Source: a virus | Taxonomy: Duplodnaviria; Heunggongvirae; Uroviricota; Caudoviricetes | IMG/VR virus record: IMGVR_UViG_2718217862_000001 | Strand: one strand, 5' to 3' | Length of the DNA stretch: 41,292 bases | Shown here: positions 1-10,819 of the stretch, one piece after another | Numbering within the stretch: position 1 is the stretch's first letter | Layout: each line of letters opens with the position of its first letter | Program-made: the position numbers and the translations under genes | Notes under the pieces: model-generated | The model's input: only the letters and a program-made list of their open reading frames with translations | Told to the model about the DNA's origin: nothing | The model's database searches: none

Positions 1-888
1 ATGCCACTGCTGGATAAGCTGCGTGAGCAGTACGGGGTCGGACCGCTATGCAGCGAACTGCATATTGCCCCGTCAACGTATTACCACTGTCAGCAACAGC
101 GACATCATCCGGATAAACGCAGTGCCCGTGCGCAGCGCGATGACTGGCTGAAGAAAGAGATACAGCGCGTATACGATGAAAATCACAAGGTATACGGTGT
201 GCGTAAAGTCTGGCGTCAGTTGTTACGGGAAGGTATCAGAGTGGCCAGATGCACTGTGGCACGTCTCATGGCGGTTATGGGACTTGCCGGTGTTCTCCGG
301 GGTAAAAAGGTCCGTACGACCATCAGCCGGAAAGCCGTTGCCGCAGGCGACCGCGTAAACCGTCAGTTCGTGGCAGAACGACCTGACCAGCTGTGGGTGG
401 CTGATTTTACTTACGTCAGCACATGGCGGGGCTTCGTCTATGTGGCGTTCATCATTGATGTGTTTGCCGGATACATCGTGGGGTGGCGGGTCTCATCGTC
501 CATGGAAACGACATTCGTGCTGGATGCACTGGAGCAGGCGTTATGGGCCCGTCGACCGTCCGGCACGGTCCATCACAGTGATAAAGGTTCTCAGTATGTA
601 TCGCTGGCCTACACACAGCGGCTTAAGGAAGCCGGATTACTGGCATCAACAGGAAGTACAGGCGACTCGTATGACAACGCGATGGCGGAGAGCATCAATG
701 GTCTTTACAAAGCGGAGGTAATACACCGTAAGAGCTGGAAAAACCGTGCAGAAGTGGAACTGGCCACACTCACGTGGGTGGACTGGTATAACAATCGACG
801 ATTGCTGGAAAGGCTGGGCCATACTCCTCCGGCAGAAGCAGAAAAAGCTTATTATGCTTCCATCGGAAACGATGATCTGGCAGCCTGA
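1..888 (+). CDS. IS3-family transposase OrfB (DDE catalytic subunit); N-terminus/orfA lies upstream of the window
   Basis: 295-aa ORF with DDE-transposase hallmarks (WVADFTYV...HSDKGSQY...YDNAMAESINGLYKAE); strongly resembles recalled IS629 OrfB. Confidence 0.85.
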   Translation: MPLLDKLREQYGVGPLCSELHIAPSTYYHCQQQRHHPDKRSARAQRDDWLKKEIQRVYDENHKVYGVRKVWRQLLREGIRVARCTVARLMAVMGLAGVLRGKKVRTTISRKAVAAGDRVNRQFVAERPDQLWVADFTYVSTWRGFVYVAFIIDVFAGYIVGWRVSSSMETTFVLDALEQALWARRPSGTVHHSDKGSQYVSLAYTQRLKEAGLLASTGSTGDSYDNAMAESINGLYKAEVIHRKSWKNRAEVELATLTWVDWYNNRRLLERLGHTPPAEAEKAYYASIGNDDLAA

Positions 889-930
889 GTTCACAGATAA
901 AACACTCTCCAGGAAACCCGGGGCGGTTCA
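1..930 (+). mobile_element. IS3-family insertion sequence (IS629-like), 3' part only; right terminal inverted repeat ends near 930
   Basis: Transposase OrfB ORF 1-888 followed by the reverse-complement motif TGAACCGCCCCGGGTTTCCTGGAGAGTG at ~894-930, which I recall as the IS629 terminal repeat; element continues beyond the window start. Confidence 0.7.
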
Positions 931-3900
931 GTAAGGTTTTGCCCGTCTGTTGTTTTTTGCGCATAAAACAGATACGCAGCAGACGTTCCAACCTCAAAAA
1001 CGTTTTGTCGAGTACTGGAACCCCACACCCTGATACTAACTGGTAGTTCTGAATTACCTGAATTAAGTAAAGCAAAACGATTGCCAGTCCCTGTTTGTTT
1101 TCTAATTACTAAATCGGCAGTTGAGTTAACCTCATCTTTGTTGATGGTTAGCGCCTGCGCTGTAGCACCGTTAACAGTGCCACTTAGTAGTTGAACCGCT
1201 CCATCATCGCCATTTAACAGCACTTGAGCGCTGCTTCTGTGGTTTTTCAGGAACAACATTTTGCCTGTGCTTTCTGATGTGCCTACCGACCACGCCGAAT
1301 TGGTTCCAGTGCTATCAACACCGCGCACAGCACAATTCATACTACTGTAATCTGACGTACTCCCCAGCACATCAACACGCCCGCCGCCTAATTTTGATGG
1401 AGTCGTCGAGGTTAACGACCTGACGGTTACATCCTGATTCCATCCTGAAACAACTACCTGACTCCACTCCGTCCAGTTTCCATTGACAACAAAGCGAACG
1501 TATATGCGTTTTGTGTCGCTGCCAATCAGCGTTTGCATGATCGCATAATCTGAACCCGTAGTTTTACGAGTAGATTCTACACGTAGCAAAAAGTTACCGC
1601 TTACGCCGTCAGGCTTATTGGTAATATATGCACCACCTGCAACAGTTTTGCATTGATAGTATTTAACAGATCCAGCCACTGTATTAGCAATGATCAAGTC
1701 GTTTAAATCAATAGTCTTGTTGTCAATGGTTTCCGGCTCGATAGATCCCGCCATACCTGCGTTAAATGTGGCAAAGTCAGAAAAGGTTGTTTTACCGCCT
1801 ACCGTCACCCCGCTATCGAGTTTTGCTTGTGTGATTACTTTGCTGTTTTTTGTGTGGTCAGAATAACTACCAAAATACAAATCACCGTCACCAGCTATAC
1901 CCAGGTATTTTTGATCAACATCATCAACCTTAAACCCAATGGACAAGTTTTTAATTGTGTTGTTGCTCGTTAAAACCAAAGGCGTATGCTGAGATCCTTT
2001 GATGCTTACCGTAGTGTTATCGGAACTGGTGCTTGTGTTTGCAAATTCTGCGGTGGCTGCGCTGATTTTGTAAGTTATTTTTAGATTGCGGGCCTCAACC
2101 CTCCCGTCGTGGCGAACAATAAAATCACCACTTGATTCACCTTTTGTGTTTTTCGCCCTGATGTGGATTTCGCCAAGTGATTCGTTGTTTTCAGGCGACC
2201 AAACAACGCCGCGCTCGCTTCCGTCGTTGTTCATGAACCACAGATGAGCGGTTCCTTTTGCTGATTTTAGCCTGATAGATGGCGTTTCTTTCAATATATC
2301 AAGATCACCAGACATAACATCGCCGGATTTTTTCACCTGCGCATCGTTAGTTACGTTGCCAAGTCCAACATCCGATTTCGACGGCTTGTTTGCCGAGCCG
2401 TATAGCTCATTGATGCTAAAAGTCCCGTTGTTAAGCCGGGCATCGTTGCCGGCATAGATCTTAATCTTCGCGGTTGAGTAGTCGATATTGATCGCTGACC
2501 ACGTATCGCCGCACCGCGAGAATATACCAGAACCGTGGCTATAAATGGTCGCCGTGCTTCCGGTCGGCTTATCACCGCGCCAGAAATGACCACCTTTGTC
2601 ACGCAGAGCTTTTAAGATCTCTACATCGCTCATCTTGCCGTTTGTTGATATCCCGCTACCGCCAAGACCGAAAGCGCCTGTAAGCATAGCATTAGAAAGA
2701 CCCAAATCTGCTTTAGTCGGCTTGTTTAACTGGTCGTAAATCCTTACAACGGGGCTTTCAACATATCCAGAAGGCGCGGCGGTTTGCTTAACAAATCCGT
2801 CTGGAATGTATAATTCCGGGCGTGCCGTCTGCGCCAGCACCGCAACCTTTGCGCCGTTGATAAATGCGCGCTGGAAGGCCCAAACCTCAATAAAGCCGTC
2901 ACCTTTAACCAGGCCGTAACGCATCTGGTTGTTATCGGTCAGCCCGGTTGACCCTAAGCGGCGTATACTCAGATGACGAGAAACATTATCCGCACTAAGC
3001 AAAGAAGGCAGACCGCGCGCCGAGATCTCGATAAAGTCAATGTTTCCGTAAGGGGAGCCGTAGTTACCGGCATTAGTAACCATTAGCGTTACATGGCAAT
3101 TGCCGCTTCCGGGATCGGAAAGTTTCGCGATCTTTATGTAAAAAGACTCATTACCAGTAACAACGGGCCAATCGTATTGCGTCATCGGGCTGACGAGTCC
3201 CCCGACCTTGTCGAGATATTCTTTCGCCTTGTTCTCTGACGCTTTAGCGTTGGTTTCGCTGACCTTTGCTGCTGCCTCACTATTTTTCGCGTTGGTTTCT
3301 GATTTTTTGGCTGCTGTCGCGGAGTTTGCCGATGCAGTTTGTGAGTCTGCTGCCGCCTGTGCGCTGTTATCCGCATTCGTCTCAGACGTTTTTGCGGCCT
3401 TCGCGGAATTTCCTGCTGCCGTTGCCGAGGAAGCTGCACTGCCGGCGCTCGAGGCAGCGCTCGTTTCTGATGATTTTGCCGCCACTTTTGAAGCCGACGC
3501 ATCCCGGGCTGAGGTGGCAGCTTCTGACGCTTTCGTGGTCGCGGTGGATGCAGATGTGGCCGCAGATTTTTGTGATGCTGCGGCATTCATTTCCGACGTT
3601 TTCGCTGCACCGGCACTGGTGGCTGCCGCGCTTTTTGAAGACTCTGCGGCGGCAGCACTTTTTGATGCTTCAGTGGCCTTTGTTGATGCCGTTCCTGCGC
3701 TGGAAGACGCTGACTGAGCCGACGACGCGGCCTGTCCGGCTGACGTGCTGGCTGCACGTGCTGAGCCTGCAGCATCAGTCGCACGGGTTGCCGCCTCACG
3801 GGCTGATGTGCTGGCATCGCTGGCTGACTTCTTCGCGGCTGCCGTGTTCTGTGCCACCGCGGACGCGTTACGCGCCACCTCTTCCACCATCAGTTCAAAA

Positions 3901-4214
3901 CGGCGCAGTGCCTCAGGACGGGCATCATCCTCCGTCATGGCACCGAGAAAATCATTCAGCGTACCGGGTCGGGAATCTTCATACACGGTGATGGTCCCGG
4001 CATGTGACGGCGGGAATCCTTCCACCAACAGAATAACGCTGTACTGACCGTACTCAACGTCCATGCTGTAACGCCCGGCTTCATCCGGATTTTCTGAGGC
4101 CAGCGTGTTCACCACCACCGTGGTACTGTTACGTTTTGCTTTCAGCTGGATTGTGCAGTTCTGTACCGGTTTTCCTGTGCCGTCTTTCAGTACACCTGAA
4201 ATCTTTACTGCCAT
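891..4214 (-). CDS. stf: Side tail fibre protein Stf, disrupted at its 3' end by the IS element (last ~13 codons are read-through into the IS inverted repeat)
   Basis: N-terminus MAVKISGVLKDGTGKPVQNCTIQLK matches lambda Stf as recalled; long Ala/Ser-rich central repeat; ORF stop coincides with IS end; ATG at 4214 preferred over GTG at 4220. Confidence 0.75.
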   Translation of the reverse strand: MAVKISGVLKDGTGKPVQNCTIQLKAKRNSTTVVVNTLASENPDEAGRYSMDVEYGQYSVILLVEGFPPSHAGTITVYEDSRPGTLNDFLGAMTEDDARPEALRRFELMVEEVARNASAVAQNTAAAKKSASDASTSAREAATRATDAAGSARAASTSAGQAASSAQSASSSAGTASTKATEASKSAAAAESSKSAAATSAGAAKTSEMNAAASQKSAATSASTATTKASEAATSARDASASKVAAKSSETSAASSAGSAASSATAAGNSAKAAKTSETNADNSAQAAADSQTASANSATAAKKSETNAKNSEAAAKVSETNAKASENKAKEYLDKVGGLVSPMTQYDWPVVTGNESFYIKIAKLSDPGSGNCHVTLMVTNAGNYGSPYGNIDFIEISARGLPSLLSADNVSRHLSIRRLGSTGLTDNNQMRYGLVKGDGFIEVWAFQRAFINGAKVAVLAQTARPELYIPDGFVKQTAAPSGYVESPVVRIYDQLNKPTKADLGLSNAMLTGAFGLGGSGISTNGKMSDVEILKALRDKGGHFWRGDKPTGSTATIYSHGSGIFSRCGDTWSAINIDYSTAKIKIYAGNDARLNNGTFSINELYGSANKPSKSDVGLGNVTNDAQVKKSGDVMSGDLDILKETPSIRLKSAKGTAHLWFMNNDGSERGVVWSPENNESLGEIHIRAKNTKGESSGDFIVRHDGRVEARNLKITYKISAATAEFANTSTSSDNTTVSIKGSQHTPLVLTSNNTIKNLSIGFKVDDVDQKYLGIAGDGDLYFGSYSDHTKNSKVITQAKLDSGVTVGGKTTFSDFATFNAGMAGSIEPETIDNKTIDLNDLIIANTVAGSVKYYQCKTVAGGAYITNKPDGVSGNFLLRVESTRKTTGSDYAIMQTLIGSDTKRIYVRFVVNGNWTEWSQVVVSGWNQDVTVRSLTSTTPSKLGGGRVDVLGSTSDYSSMNCAVRGVDSTGTNSAWSVGTSESTGKMLFLKNHRSSAQVLLNGDDGAVQLLSGTVNGATAQALTINKDEVNSTADLVIRKQTGTGNRFALLNSGNSELPVSIRVWGSSTRQNVFEVGTSAAYLFYAQKTTDGQNLTEPPRVSWRVFYL

Positions 4215-4221
4215 ATTCACC

Positions 4222-4255
4222 CCACAAAAAAGCCCGCCTGAACCGGCGGGCTGTC
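4222..4255 (-). terminator. Rho-independent terminator between lom and stf
   Basis: Minus strand reads AGCCCGCC-ggttca-GGCGGGCT followed by TTTTTT. Confidence 0.5.
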
Positions 4256-4278
4256 ATAACACTGTGTTACCTGGCTAA

Positions 4279-4878
4279 TCAGAATTTATAACCGACACCC
4301 ACGATGAAACCGTCAGTGCGCCAGTCGCCACTGCCGGAACCTTCATAAGCGACATCAACGGCCACGGATTCGGTCGGGTTAAACTGCACGCCAGCCCCCC
4401 ACGCCAGAGACGTGTTGCTGTGGCGACCGTCATCACTTCCGGTCAGCACGTCGTGCGTTTTCCCCTTGTTGTCAGTTACGCGGAGATAATCCCCGGAGAA
4501 AGTCGACACACGGCTGTAAGCCATACCCGCCATCGCATACGCGCTGAACCATTCATTCACGCGCACAGACGGCCCCGCCATCACGCTGAACCAGCGGTTA
4601 CGCACGGAATCTTCATGCCAGCGGGTATCGCTGTAATGCGTTTTTTGCTCATCTTTGGCATTGGCATAACTGAATGACGTCACCAGCCCCAGCGTGTCCG
4701 TAAATTCATAACGGTATTTCACGTTAATCCCGTTCAGATTATCGCTGCCGGGGACGTTCGTACGGGCATGAAGATACCCTGCGCTCAGTGTGGACTGGTG
4801 TTCAGACGCCCATGCAGGCGTACCTGATACGGCCAGACAGATGGCTGCGGACAAAATAGCTGCATAAACTTTACGCAT
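4279..4878 (-). CDS. lom: Lom outer-membrane protein (Ail/Lom family beta-barrel)
   Basis: 199 aa, signal peptide MRKVYAAILSAAICLAVSGTPAWA, C-terminal GYKF; position after J as in lambda. Confidence 0.85.
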   Translation of the reverse strand: MRKVYAAILSAAICLAVSGTPAWASEHQSTLSAGYLHARTNVPGSDNLNGINVKYRYEFTDTLGLVTSFSYANAKDEQKTHYSDTRWHEDSVRNRWFSVMAGPSVRVNEWFSAYAMAGMAYSRVSTFSGDYLRVTDNKGKTHDVLTGSDDGRHSNTSLAWGAGVQFNPTESVAVDVAYEGSGSGDWRTDGFIVGVGYKF

Positions 4879-4902
4879 AATTACCTCTCGCTTTTCTGCA
4901 AT

Positions 4903-4926
4903 AAAAAAGGCGCCATTTCTGGCGCC
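4903..4926 (-). terminator. Rho-independent terminator between J and lom
   Basis: Minus strand GGCGCC-agaaat-GGCGCC followed by TTTTTTATT, then lom RBS GAGAGG. Confidence 0.55.
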
Positions 4927-4945
4927 CGTATCTGGGTTATAAAAT

Positions 4946-7900
4946 TCAGCTAATCGTGATGCCTGCAGTGGCTTTCTTCATCACCACAACCAGCAAATCG
5001 CTGATACTGGCTGTGGGATACCAGTTATTTACCAGCCATGCTGACACCGAAAACTCCAGTGTCATGTGACCGTGACCGGCAGGCATATCAATAACACCAC
5101 TGTAAATCAGCGTATTATCCAGCGCGGTACGGTTATAAATTTCAGCACCGTTTTTCCGTACTATCAGGCGGCATGACGAATAAATATCGTTATTCTCCCG
5201 CTCATGTTTAGCGCCGCTGAATGCCACCGCCGGAATAACAATCTGCCGGTCAAACGGCTGATCGTCATAAACCCTGACGGTGATGGTCCCTGATGGCCAC
5301 CGTTCCGGTGCACGGGAGTCCCGGGGGAAAGCTTTGCCCACTGTTTTAACGAGATCGCCTTCAATCTGGTTGGCGGACAGTTTTCCCAGAACCCGACAGT
5401 TCTCGTTAATCGTGACGTTGTTGAGCGTCCCGGCGTTCGCATTCACGTTACCGCTGATATCGGCATTTTTCGCCGTCAGCCGCCCGTCCGGTGTCAGGGA
5501 AAATACCGGAGGATTACCGCCGCTGGTAATGGTGGGAGCCGTCAGGCGTTTCAGGAACACTTCGTTCATGAATATCTGATCGCCCTGCCCAACAAACATC
5601 GGCTTTGTGTTGCCATTCGCAGGATTAATCATCGCAATCCTGTCTGCCGCCAGCAGCACCTGACTCTGCATGCCGTCAGGGGTGTTCTCAATACCGGCAC
5701 CAATACCCGCGATATAAAGGCGTCCGTCCTGCATCTGCTGCAGCTTCACAGCCCACATGCTGTTCAGGTTATTATTTGTATCAACCTGAACCTTCTGTAT
5801 CTGCTGAATTGCCGCACTCTGGTCTTCCAGTTTCTTATTGACGGTCTGCGTGATTTCATTGCTGACATCCGTAATGGACGTCCTGATTTCAGCCAGGTCA
5901 GGCGCAAGCTGACCGTTATCAATCTGCGTCCACAGCTCCTGAGCCAGATGGGTTTTCCCTATCTCGCCTTTGAAAAAATCCAGATAACCGGATGCATCAT
6001 CACTCGGCTGACCAACAGCCTCCACGAATGCCGATTTGCCAACGGTGTTCACACTGCGGATATAAAAGTAATAATCATGGCCCGGTTTGATATTGATACT
6101 GGCGGCTATCCAGTACAGCGCCGTGCCAAGATAGCGTGCTGTGGTTTCAACCTGCCTGATATCGGTAATCCGCTTTTCCGAGAACCAGAACTCAAACTGT
6201 ACCGTCGGATCATAAACCGCAAGATGCGGCGTGGCGGTTATCTGAAAATAGCCCGGCGTCAGCTCAATCCGCGACGGCGCTGCCGGTGCGGCAATCCGGA
6301 ACGATACCGACGCCGGATCGCCCTGCTGCCCCCACGCATTTACTGCCCGGACTGTCAGCCTGTAGTTCCCCAGCGCCAGTTGTGTGAAGCGGTAAGTGGT
6401 TTCCGTCGTCCGGGCCGTGCTGACCAGCCACTCACTGCCGTCATCCGCTGTTACGGTCAGACGGAGCAGGAAGCTCACGCCCTTCACCACCTTCGGCGTG
6501 TCCCAGCGCGCCAGCACCTGATATTCCCCGCTGTCTGCGGTGACTTCGGCAGTCAGGTGCTGCACCGCTGGCGGCGTGACACCATTCACCGTGCCGCTCT
6601 GGTCGCCGTCAAAGTGCGCCCCGTTATCCACGATGGCTTCTTTTTCCGGTACATGCTGCACGGCGGTGATGGCATACGTGCCGTCATCGTTCTCACGGAT
6701 ACTCACACAGCGGAACAGGCGCTGGCGCAGCGTCGGCAACTTCAGCCCCCACACGCTGTATTCTGCAACACCATCAGGAACCCGGCTCACTTTCACCTTC
6801 ACGCCGTCGGTGACGGACTGGACCTCCACGCTGACCGGATTACCCTGACCGTCAACCAGGCTTATCAGCGTGGTACCGGAGGATGGCAGCGTGATTTCAC
6901 GGTCGAGCGTCAGCGTCCGGGTCTGGCTGTTCACCGCCAGCACGCGCCCGCCGGTGCTGATACCCGCATAGTCATCATCGCAGATTTCAATGACATCCCC
7001 CGGTACATGGCGAAGCCCTTCCGCACCCACGCTGAAGTCCACGGTCTGCGTTTCCAGCAGTTCCGTTTTAATCAGCCACAGCCCGGCGCGGTGCGCCTGC
7101 CCCCGGCTGGTACAGCCAAAGGCATCCATCTTCGTGACGTTACGACCGTAACGGGCAATGGCCTGCGTATCTTCAACAAGCTCTGTCGCCGTCTCCCAGC
7201 CGTTGTCCGGGTCAATCCAGTTCACCTCAACGGCATTATGGCGGTCTTTCAGGGCGCTGAAGCTGTAGCGGAACGGCGCGCCATCATCCGGCATCACCAC
7301 ATTACTGCGGTTATAGGTCCACACCTTATCTGATGGTCGGTCCTGCACGAACGTCAGCGTCTGCCCGTTCCATACCGGCATACAGCGCATCGCCGAGCAG
7401 AAATCACTGAGCACATCCCACGCCTTGCGCTGTGTGGTCAGGTACGCATTACAGGTGATGCGCGGCTCCGTGCCGCCAAAGCCGTCCGGCACCGACTGGT
7501 CGCAGTACTGGCCGATGACATACAGCGCCCATTTATCCACATCCGCCGCACCAAGACGTTTCCCCATGCCGTAGCGCGGATGGGTCAGCATATCCCACAG
7601 ACACCAGGCCATGTTGTTGCTGTATGCCGGTTTAAACGTTCCGTCCCAGATACCGCTGTATTGCCGCGTCTGCGGGTTATAGTTCGACGGCACCTGCAGA
7701 ATGCGCCCGCGCAGATGATAATTACGGCTCACCTGCTGGCTGCCGAACTGCTCCGAATCCACCTGTACGCCGACCAGTGCCGTGTTCGGGTAGCACTGTT
7801 TCACATCGATGATTTCGGTGTATGACGACCAGAGCGTTTTGTTCTGCAGCTGGTCTGTGGTGCTGTCCGGCGTCATCCTGCGCATCCGGATATTAAACGG

Positions 7901-8425
7901 GCGCGGCGGCAGGTTATCCACCACCACCGAGGCCAGATACTGCGAGGTGGTTTTGCCCTTAATGGTGATGTCTTTTTCCGTCACCCAGCCACCATTACGC
8001 TGTATCTGAACCAGCAGGCGAACTTCCGACGGATTCCGGTCCCCCTTTGAGGTGGTTTCCACCAGTGCCTGCACACCGAAGGTAAAGCGCAGACGGTCGA
8101 TGTTTGCAGACGTGATGGTGCGGGTGATCGGCGTGTCATATTTCACTTCCGTACCCAGCACCGTCTCGGAGCCGGAGGATTCAAACCCCTCCGGCGGTGT
8201 CTGCTCCTGCTCACCGGCACGGAACACCACCGTGACACCGGAGATGTTGGTATTCCCCTCAGTGTCCAGCACCGGCGTACTGTTCAGCAGCACGCTTTTT
8301 AATCCATCCACCGGACCTTCAACCGGCCCTTCACTGATGGCGTCTATCACGCTCAGCATCTGGGATGATTTCAGGTTGTCCTTCGCTTCGCGCGGGGTAT
8401 GCCCCTTACTGCTGCCTTTACCCAT
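4946..8425 (-). CDS. J: Tail tip / host specificity protein J
   Basis: 1159 aa; overall resemblance to lambda gpJ (fibronectin-like repeats, C-terminal receptor-binding region); gene order I-J-lom. Confidence 0.9.
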   Translation of the reverse strand: MGKGSSKGHTPREAKDNLKSSQMLSVIDAISEGPVEGPVDGLKSVLLNSTPVLDTEGNTNISGVTVVFRAGEQEQTPPEGFESSGSETVLGTEVKYDTPITRTITSANIDRLRFTFGVQALVETTSKGDRNPSEVRLLVQIQRNGGWVTEKDITIKGKTTSQYLASVVVDNLPPRPFNIRMRRMTPDSTTDQLQNKTLWSSYTEIIDVKQCYPNTALVGVQVDSEQFGSQQVSRNYHLRGRILQVPSNYNPQTRQYSGIWDGTFKPAYSNNMAWCLWDMLTHPRYGMGKRLGAADVDKWALYVIGQYCDQSVPDGFGGTEPRITCNAYLTTQRKAWDVLSDFCSAMRCMPVWNGQTLTFVQDRPSDKVWTYNRSNVVMPDDGAPFRYSFSALKDRHNAVEVNWIDPDNGWETATELVEDTQAIARYGRNVTKMDAFGCTSRGQAHRAGLWLIKTELLETQTVDFSVGAEGLRHVPGDVIEICDDDYAGISTGGRVLAVNSQTRTLTLDREITLPSSGTTLISLVDGQGNPVSVEVQSVTDGVKVKVSRVPDGVAEYSVWGLKLPTLRQRLFRCVSIRENDDGTYAITAVQHVPEKEAIVDNGAHFDGDQSGTVNGVTPPAVQHLTAEVTADSGEYQVLARWDTPKVVKGVSFLLRLTVTADDGSEWLVSTARTTETTYRFTQLALGNYRLTVRAVNAWGQQGDPASVSFRIAAPAAPSRIELTPGYFQITATPHLAVYDPTVQFEFWFSEKRITDIRQVETTARYLGTALYWIAASINIKPGHDYYFYIRSVNTVGKSAFVEAVGQPSDDASGYLDFFKGEIGKTHLAQELWTQIDNGQLAPDLAEIRTSITDVSNEITQTVNKKLEDQSAAIQQIQKVQVDTNNNLNSMWAVKLQQMQDGRLYIAGIGAGIENTPDGMQSQVLLAADRIAMINPANGNTKPMFVGQGDQIFMNEVFLKRLTAPTITSGGNPPVFSLTPDGRLTAKNADISGNVNANAGTLNNVTINENCRVLGKLSANQIEGDLVKTVGKAFPRDSRAPERWPSGTITVRVYDDQPFDRQIVIPAVAFSGAKHERENNDIYSSCRLIVRKNGAEIYNRTALDNTLIYSGVIDMPAGHGHMTLEFSVSAWLVNNWYPTASISDLLVVVMKKATAGITIS

Positions 8426-8485
8426 TCCTCACGCTCCAGAAACGACAAAACCGCCCTGAGGCGGTTTCACATAAAACGTTTTGCA

Positions 8486-9133
8486 TCAGCGACCAATCAC
8501 CACAACCTGACCACCGTCCCCTTCGTCTGCCGTGCTGATCTCCTGAGAAGCCACCCGCGACCCCACGCGCATTTCACCGTACAGAACGGGCAGAACATTG
8601 CCCTGGGCAACCATGTTATCCAGTGAGGAGAAATAGGTGTTCTGCTTACCGTTATCCGTTGTCTGTGTACGGGGAGTTCTGGCTTTCGGTGCCAGCATCT
8701 GCGCCACACCGCCAAGGATCATACTGGCCCCCGCAGCATACATGCCCGATACAGCCGCAGCTCCCAGCCAGCCCACAGGGTTCCACCACGCCACTGCAAT
8801 CAGCGCCGCACCCAGCACCGCCTGAAACACACCGCCACTTTTTGCTCCCGCAAGACGCGGAACGATGTGGATCACGGCACCATTTTTCAGCGGCTCATTA
8901 AGACGGGCTGATAATTCGTTTTCGCCTGCATCACGCCCGGCAATGCGCACCTGATACCAGCCATCGCTCAGTTTCTGACGAAACGCCGGGATCTGCATGG
9001 CCAGCGCCCGGATGGCTTCGGCCCCCGTTTTCACACGAAGGTCGATGCGGCGGCCAAATCGTTGCAAATCCCCGTAAAGGCAGATACGTGCCATGCCCGG
9101 TGACGCCAGAGGGAGTGTGTGCGTCGCTGCCAT
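8486..9133 (-). CDS. I: Tail assembly protein I
   Basis: 215 aa, hydrophobic central segment, position between K and J. Confidence 0.8.
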   Translation of the reverse strand: MAATHTLPLASPGMARICLYGDLQRFGRRIDLRVKTGAEAIRALAMQIPAFRQKLSDGWYQVRIAGRDAGENELSARLNEPLKNGAVIHIVPRLAGAKSGGVFQAVLGAALIAVAWWNPVGWLGAAAVSGMYAAGASMILGGVAQMLAPKARTPRTQTTDNGKQNTYFSSLDNMVAQGNVLPVLYGEMRVGSRVASQEISTADEGDGGQVVVIGR

Positions 9134-9774
9134 TTGTCGGTGTACCTCTCTCGTTTGCTCAGTTGTTCAGGAATATGGTGCAGCAGCTCGCCGTCGCCGC
9201 AGTAAATTGCGGCGTGATTCGGCACCGATGAACCAAAACAGCACAGCAGCACATCGCCCGGCTGTGCCGCTGACAACGGCACCTGATACAGCCCCGTCGC
9301 CTCCAGATTATCCAGATAGAGATTCTGGCCGTTACGCCACCAGTCATCCTCACGATGAAAATCAGGCATCTCAATTCCCGCCAGATGGTAAGCATCCCGG
9401 AGCAGCGTGTAACAGTCCGTCACCCCGTGCTCAAAGCGCCGCCCGGTAAGATGCGGCACACAGCGGAACTTGTGAATCGCCCCCCGGCAGACCAGCCACC
9501 ACGGCAAATCACTCTGCACCTGCAGCCGCCGGTCGGCCTCACTCAGCCAGGGCAGACCACCGGGGTGGCTGTGGACCAGCGCCACAATCTCACCCTGCAT
9601 TTCTGCCTGCAGCCAGTCTTCCGGCGACATACGGAAATACGCCTCCGGCTCACCGGAGATATTCACGCAGGGAAAATATCTTTCCCCCTCCGGCGTGCTT
9701 ACCACGAAGCCGCACGACTCCGCTGGCGCACATCGCCGGGCGTGCGCCAGAATCGCTGATTCTGTCTGTGTCAT
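9031..9774 (-). CDS. K: Tail assembly protein K (JAMM/MPN + NlpC/P60-like domains)
   Basis: Starts MTQTESAILAHARRCAPAESCGFVV as lambda gpK; HSHP motif; overlaps I as in lambda. Confidence 0.85.
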   Translation of the reverse strand: MTQTESAILAHARRCAPAESCGFVVSTPEGERYFPCVNISGEPEAYFRMSPEDWLQAEMQGEIVALVHSHPGGLPWLSEADRRLQVQSDLPWWLVCRGAIHKFRCVPHLTGRRFEHGVTDCYTLLRDAYHLAGIEMPDFHREDDWWRNGQNLYLDNLEATGLYQVPLSAAQPGDVLLCCFGSSVPNHAAIYCGDGELLHHIPEQLSKRERYTDKWQRRTHSLWRHRAWHVSAFTGICNDLAAASTFV

Positions 9775-9779
9775 GGGAT

Positions 9780-10478
9780 TTACTGCGAAAGTTTGTTAAT
9801 GGAAAGGAAGCCGCCAAAGTTGCCGACGTTATTGCGGAACTTACAACCGCTCAGGCATTTGCTGCATTTATCCTTCGTGATATCGGACGTTGGCTGGTCA
9901 TATTCATCCGCGACAGCCGGACCGCTATAACCGCACTCGTCACCGCGATAGGTCCAGGTGCAGGTGTTGGCCAGCATGATACGTCCCGGAAAAACAGCGC
10001 CATCCGTTTCCGTCGGCGTGGACAGTACAAAGGAGGCACTCACCGCGCTCAGTTCGCTGCACTGCTCAATGCGCCAGCGGCTGATCACCTCCTGCTCCGG
10101 ATCGGCGTAACTGTTTCCGTTGACGAAGTTCACCGCATCCAGAAAACGGGCGTAAACCTTACGCCGGACCACCGTTCCGCCGACCAGACTCTGCATATCT
10201 TCCGCCATCCCGGTGACCATGCCGTACAGATTAGAGACTTTAAGCGTTGGCCTTGCACTGGCTCCTTTGCCGTTCATCTCAAATCCGCTTCCCTGAATGG
10301 GATAAGCCTGATACTGCCGCCCCTGCCAGGTGACTGGTTCACCTTTTTCGTTCTGCTCATTACAGAAGAAATAACGATCTCCGCCGACCTCTGTCAGATC
10401 AATTTCCCAGAGCACGACCAGCGCGGATTGCTCCGTTTTAGTGCACTCATTGAGTGTTTCCTGCTGTATATCCTGCAT
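9780..10478 (-). CDS. L: Minor tail protein L
   Basis: 232 aa, C-terminal Cys cluster (CSKCLSGCKF), start overlaps M stop (ATGA). Confidence 0.9.
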   Translation of the reverse strand: MQDIQQETLNECTKTEQSALVVLWEIDLTEVGGDRYFFCNEQNEKGEPVTWQGRQYQAYPIQGSGFEMNGKGASARPTLKVSNLYGMVTGMAEDMQSLVGGTVVRRKVYARFLDAVNFVNGNSYADPEQEVISRWRIEQCSELSAVSASFVLSTPTETDGAVFPGRIMLANTCTWTYRGDECGYSGPAVADEYDQPTSDITKDKCSKCLSGCKFRNNVGNFGGFLSINKLSQ

Positions 10479-10819
10479 CAGTGAGTGACCTCTTCAAAGG
10501 TACAGTTAAAATCGGTATACATGGCATTATCCGAAATGCTCCACTCCCTGCAGACAACCCGGACAGTCCTGTTGTGTTTTGGCGGACGCCACAAAAAAGC
10601 ACGAATCCCGGCATGACGGGATAAAAAACTGTCCAGCGCGGCACGGGAATATTCATCTGTGACACGAAATACCGGTTTAAACGTTTTCAGATCCGCATTC
10701 AGACCACCAGCCCGTCGCTGTTCATATCCGTCACCAAACTTTACCGTAATAACTGATGGCTTTCGTGTCGTCTCCATCCCCTCACGGGGGATCCAGTTAA
10801 AAACTTCAGGCTCAGGCAC
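10478..10819 (-). CDS. M: Minor tail protein M
   Basis: Lambda gpM-like (KFGDGYEQR...FLWRPP); start chosen at GTG 10817-10819 preceded by GGAGGA, overlapping H stop; ATG at ~10777 is an alternative. Confidence 0.75.
   Translation of the reverse strand: MPEPEVFNWIPREGMETTRKPSVITVKFGDGYEQRRAGGLNADLKTFKPVFRVTDEYSRAALDSFLSRHAGIRAFLWRPPKHNRTVRVVCREWSISDNAMYTDFNCTFEEVTH

Noticed and set aside
3182-4047. Several 76-241-aa ORFs on both strands within the stf repeat region
   Set aside because: They overlap the Ala/Ser-rich repeat of Stf in other frames; repetitive GC-rich codons create long spurious frames
5948-7333. 461-aa plus-strand ORF
   Set aside because: Lies entirely antisense within J, is Arg/Pro-rich with low complexity and has no RBS; typical antisense artefact of a GC-rich gene
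9768-10484. 238-aa plus-strand ORF
   Set aside because: Fully antisense to tail gene L, which has clear lambda homology
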